In this document: positions 63,526-64,000 of the stretch, in pieces
Position numbering within the stretch: position 1 is the stretch's first letter
Layout of the letters: every line of letters begins with the position of its first letter
DNA from: Yuukianura sp. NJ FZ-2021
Lineage: Eukaryota
Assembly (NCBI GenBank): GCA_046563655.1
Contig: CM102289.1
Location: 1,550,001 to 1,614,000 of the forward strand
Length of the DNA stretch: 64,000 bases
Direction of reading: 5' to 3'
Position numbers and translations under genes: made by a program
The notes under the pieces: generated by a model
Seen by the model: the letters and a program-made list of their open reading frames with translations, nothing else
Database searches by the model: none
What the model was told of the DNA's origin: nothing

Positions 63526-64000
63526 ACTAAGAACTCACTCAGCAATCATTCAATGTGTAAAAATTCAGAATTTACAAGCTAAGAAATTAATTAAACAAAT
63601 TTTGTTGCATTTAAATTTACACCTCCAGATTGTGAATTAAAAGTATATGAGCTTGCTAGCTTTTTATTAAAATAAATTTTGAATCATGAAACACTTCTGT
63701 ATTTTCAAGTAAAAATGTTTACACATCTATCCTATTAAAAAAAGGTAATTCTGAACTTCGCTGTTCTTGGCACAGAAAAAAAAACTTCTTTGCAGCTTAA
63801 ACCTTAACCAAAATTGAAAACAAAACAGAGCCCTGTGCTAAAATTTTCAAAAACAAAACACTTTTTGGAAGAGAACAACTGCCCTGCAAGGCAAAAAGTT
63901 TACAGGTATCCACTGAGTGTCCTAACGCCCTCCCACCAAGTCTCTTAACAACTTTTTTTAAAGACCATTTTTATTCAAAATTTTAAAACAGGATTATTTT

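Overview
AT-rich eukaryotic DNA with short GT-AG introns. It is animal (laminin alpha, C2H2 zinc fingers, BEL/Pao element), and the gene families suggest a hexapod, probably a springtail (inference only). The window is a patchwork of about four tandem segmental duplications. The repeated cassette holds the 3' exons of a laminin alpha gene (LG domains), microbial-type class I terpene synthases and two-exon gustatory/odorant-receptor-like 7TM genes. There are 5 TPS copies in 2 subfamilies (3 intact, 1 with a 1-bp frameshift, 1 destroyed). There are 5 full-length receptor copies (1 frameshifted) plus 3 fragments. Also present are a lipocalin-like secreted protein with an in-frame stop, a hidden 4-exon membrane-protein gene, a Cys-rich EB-repeat secreted protein, an EB/laminin chimeric copy and two C2H2 zinc-finger genes plus a fragment. 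Mobile DNA includes a full-length BEL/Pao LTR retrotransposon inserted in a TPS copy, a Spy/PHIS-type DNA transposon with ~345-bp TIRs, several MITEs and relics of a CRE-like non-LTR reverse transcriptase. The main candidate system is a co-duplicating terpene synthase plus chemoreceptor (plus lipocalin) cluster in which both enzyme and receptor paralogs differ mainly at predicted pocket residues. All family calls come from motif recognition by eye; no searches were run.
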